A stretch of 63,951 nt of DNA, counting the filler, from Choristocarpus tenellus KU-1152 (taxonomy: Eukaryota; Protista; Phaeophyceae): assembly GCA_964200185.2 (NCBI GenBank). It is 11 parts of 11 records of this genome, joined end to end, with 100 filler letters (N's around TTAATTAATTAA, not from the genome) between each part and the next. Parts side by side here need not be neighbours in the genome. Positions count along the whole stretch, not along the records: positions 61,361 to 63,951 come from CAXNAD020026481.1; 10 more parts are not named here. One strand, given 5' to 3'. This document shows, piece by piece, positions 61,380 to 63,951 of this stretch. The translations under genes and the position numbers were made by a program. The first letter of the stretch is position 1, and every line of letters begins with the position of its first letter. The notes under the pieces were generated by a model. That model was not told the origin of the DNA. It was given only the letters and a program-made list of their open reading frames with translations, and ran no database searches.

Positions 61380-62281
61380 AAAAAGCCTCCCCACCCTTTC
61401 TTCCTGTGTGTTCGCGCACCCACTCTTTGACCTCGGCAAGGATGTCCTCGCCGAGGCCCAGAACGAAATGCCTCTCATCGCGCCCTTGCTCCAATACCTT
61501 GATGTGGTCCTTAGTTAGGAAGTCTCTCTCCCATTTACTCACAGTATCCGACTTGACCATCGCATATCCTGCTGCCATCTTGAGCGCCTTTTCTGACAGT
61601 TTTTTCCGTTGTTCATACATAGCTACAGGATTCACAGTGTTAGAGCCTTTACTATCACATTTCCTCGTTGAGCGCCAGAAACGGGTTACCTTTTTTCGGG
61701 CTTCAGAGCTTGTGTAGCCCAACCCTAGCACCTTCTTCTCGTTTCCTAAGCCACTCTGCCTCACATACCTTCCAAACAGCTAGGACCTGCTGCAACTGTT
61801 GACTACTAAGATATTCTACACCCGGGTTTTCGCTCAGGCGTTTCCTGAGCGCAATGGCACGCAGTCGCACTGCTCTCCTCCCCAACCTTCTCTTCAGCCG
61901 GTCACTCTGGTTCTCCCTTCGCTCACCGTGACCAGGCTTCCCCACAGACTTCGTCACTGTACTTCCTGGAGATGGACTCGCCGCTCTCTTCCTACTTTCC
62001 CGAGGTGGCAGAGACTGGAGAGCAGTTCTCCGGCGTTGTTGAAGACCCAACCACGTTTGTGTGGTGATGCTTTCAATGCATCTTATCTCAGCGTCAGTGT
62101 CACGAACGCGTGATCCATTTTGCAATTTGATCATGCTGCTGCGCCACACTACTCGCACTTTCTCGGCACCTAATATCACACTCAGTGTCACACGGTACTT
62201 GCTTTTCCGTCGCCTCTCGACAGAGAAGGTACTGAGGGTAGATCCAGGGGGCAGACTGGCCTCGGCGGCTCCTTGTCTCAC
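61380..62281 (-). mobile_element. Frameshifted N-terminal remnant of a Tc1/mariner-IS630 (Ant1-like) transposase
   Basis: Two overlapping minus-strand ORFs. The segment AAGYAMVKSDTVSKWERDF...QGRDERHFVL..GEDILAEVKEWVR resembles, from recall, the HTH region of Ant1-like transposases. Cut by a MITE B end at the contig start; no DDE domain in view. Confidence 0.5.
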
Positions 62282-62709
62282 CGTCGTGGTTCATGTTACT
62301 GTGTAAGTCATATGTGTGTGTGCTCACAGAAAGTCTGCAAAAGGCGTTAAAAAGATGTCTCGAAATCTTGCGGTTTTTTTTTGGTATCCACACTCCGACC
62401 AAACTTGGGCAGCGACGTACCATGGACTAGTTTTCTGAAAGAAGTTCAGCCAACACTTAATTTTTGTCTGTTTTGAAGTCGTGGCCCTCAAATTTATATC
62501 TTTTGTGTGGTTATGGTGAAAAAATTCAAGATTGCCACAGAGGGCGAGGCTACTGGTACCACCTTAGTCAATAATAATAGTAGTTCTTGACATTGTAAAA
62601 CGTTTACTATTTTTCCCTATTCATAAATATTCTCTGTAAAAACGAGATGCCCAAGACCTGTATGCTGGCCCCATATACTCCTCGACTCCTATCCAGACTG
62701 GCCGCATTG

Positions 62710-62900
62710 TTGATCCCATGCCTTCAGACCTTGACCATGCACTTCATGATGCTGAGCTGACCACATACCATCAACTCTCTACTTATATTTCGGCTGACTG
62801 ATATACTGATCCCATACACTCAGACCTTGTATAAGATTGATTCCTATGCTGACCACATACCATCAACTTTGCCATTATTTTATGATATCCTGATCAGATC
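62710..62900. repeat. Diverged tandem duplication (about 95-bp period)
   Basis: tgatcccat...tcagaccttg...gctgaccacataccatcaact occurs twice. Confidence 0.8.
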
Positions 62901-63239
62901 TTCTTATCGCCACTTTAATGTAGTACACTCTATTTCGTATTGATGAAGCCGTGTAATAAAATGGTGTAATGGTAGGCTAACAGGCAACATCCTTGTTTCC
63001 CTTTTGATCCTCGAAGTCACGTTTTTATTGGCCCCGAATCACACTTATATGGCTTCAAGGCCGGTCAGAAGCAGGGGTGATGCGGAAAACAAGTTCATTT
63101 AGGTTACTTTCGGAGAAGTTCGGTTCAGCTGTAGAGGATCTTCGGAAGGAAAATTTTCCGTGATTTCCCTTAAATTCTCTGCTTCGTGACCACGTTTTTC
63201 CGAAGGCAGATCTAGCATCTGACCGATAGCATTAAAGAA

Positions 63240-63473
63240 GGTAGGGCCGCGTCCGTTCGGGATCATAAATCTCAATGTTGCGATTTTGATGATTTTGGCT
63301 ATCGTGTCAATATCCATGTTGAGGACACACCTTTCATAGTCGTGTACATTTGAACTACTCCAACATGTTTTGGAGTATGAAAGTGTGTTTACAGAAAACC
63401 GAAAAAAGGGCATAAAAAACCTGTTGGAAGCCAAGCCCTAAATAGACAAACAGGGGTAAGCTCCTCCCCTCTT
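63240..63473 (+). mobile_element. Degenerate MITE A lacking intact termini
   Basis: ggtagggccgcgtcc...caatgttgcgattttgat...ctactccaacatgttttggagta...ggaagccaagccctaaatagacaaacagggg. Confidence 0.8.
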
Positions 63474-63951
63474 GAATGTTTGGATAAACTCTGAGGGATT
63501 TATTTTCTGCACCCTATACAAACCGTGATCCTCCCCTCCTCGTCACTTCTTGTCCTCCTGTCCAACCATAACCTCGTCTTCGGCTACAGGTTGTCTTGTT
63601 CTGTCTGGTCTGTCTTGCCTGGTGACTCTTTTTGGCACCCTTGCCTGAACTAAATCACGCCCCTTCAAGTTACATGGTTCGCACTTCAAGTAGTATATAC
63701 ATACTACTTCAACTATAAGTTAAGGTTAGGGTTCTCATGATATTGAATTGGTTCTTCCCTGGACACATTTGCAAAATGTCAGAGTGTGATAGGCATCTTC
63801 CCTGAGAAGATGTAAATTGAGGTCTGTTGATTCACATGGCATCCGCATTTACGTCGAAGTAAATATCGGTTGGTTTGAGTGGACTCTTACAAACCTCCCT
63901 CATTCACTTTTCCCTGTTCACTCTTGTTAAGAATATGCTTTTTATTCATGT

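Overview
Eukaryotic nuclear DNA from a photosynthetic stramenopile (ochrophyte). A brown alga or close relative is likely, based on GT-AG introns, a Sig1/mastigoneme-type EGF protein, a bipartite plastid-targeting presequence and a brown-algal-style ankyrin protein. The window is not one locus: it is 11 short contigs joined by artificial 100-nt N44-TTAATTAATTAA-N44 linkers, so gene order across linkers means nothing. Most ORF-track entries are noise; the real genes had to be rebuilt by splicing exons by hand. Genes or gene pieces found: a coiled-coil protein, a pepsin-like aspartic protease, a membrane-anchored S1 sulfatase, a plastid-targeted ferredoxin/metallo-beta-lactamase-fold fusion, a mastigoneme/Sig1-like protein, a pseudokinase fused to a degenerate PARP-like domain, an ankyrin protein, DNA gyrase A exons, a degenerating zeta-carotene desaturase, and a divergent pair of hypothetical genes. 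The main non-genic signal is two very abundant related MITE families (about 255 bp and about 185 bp). They share terminal and subterminal motifs and show both 3-bp and 4-bp target-site duplications, two of them supported by empty paralogous sites inside the window. Also present: two long inverted repeats (about 500 and about 750 bp arms), an AT-rich island of possible viral or organellar origin, a restriction-like-endonuclease LINE remnant, a Tc1/mariner-like transposase remnant, and several mini- and microsatellites. No CRISPR array, rRNA or convincing tRNA was found. Family assignments rest on motif recognition by eye, not database searches.
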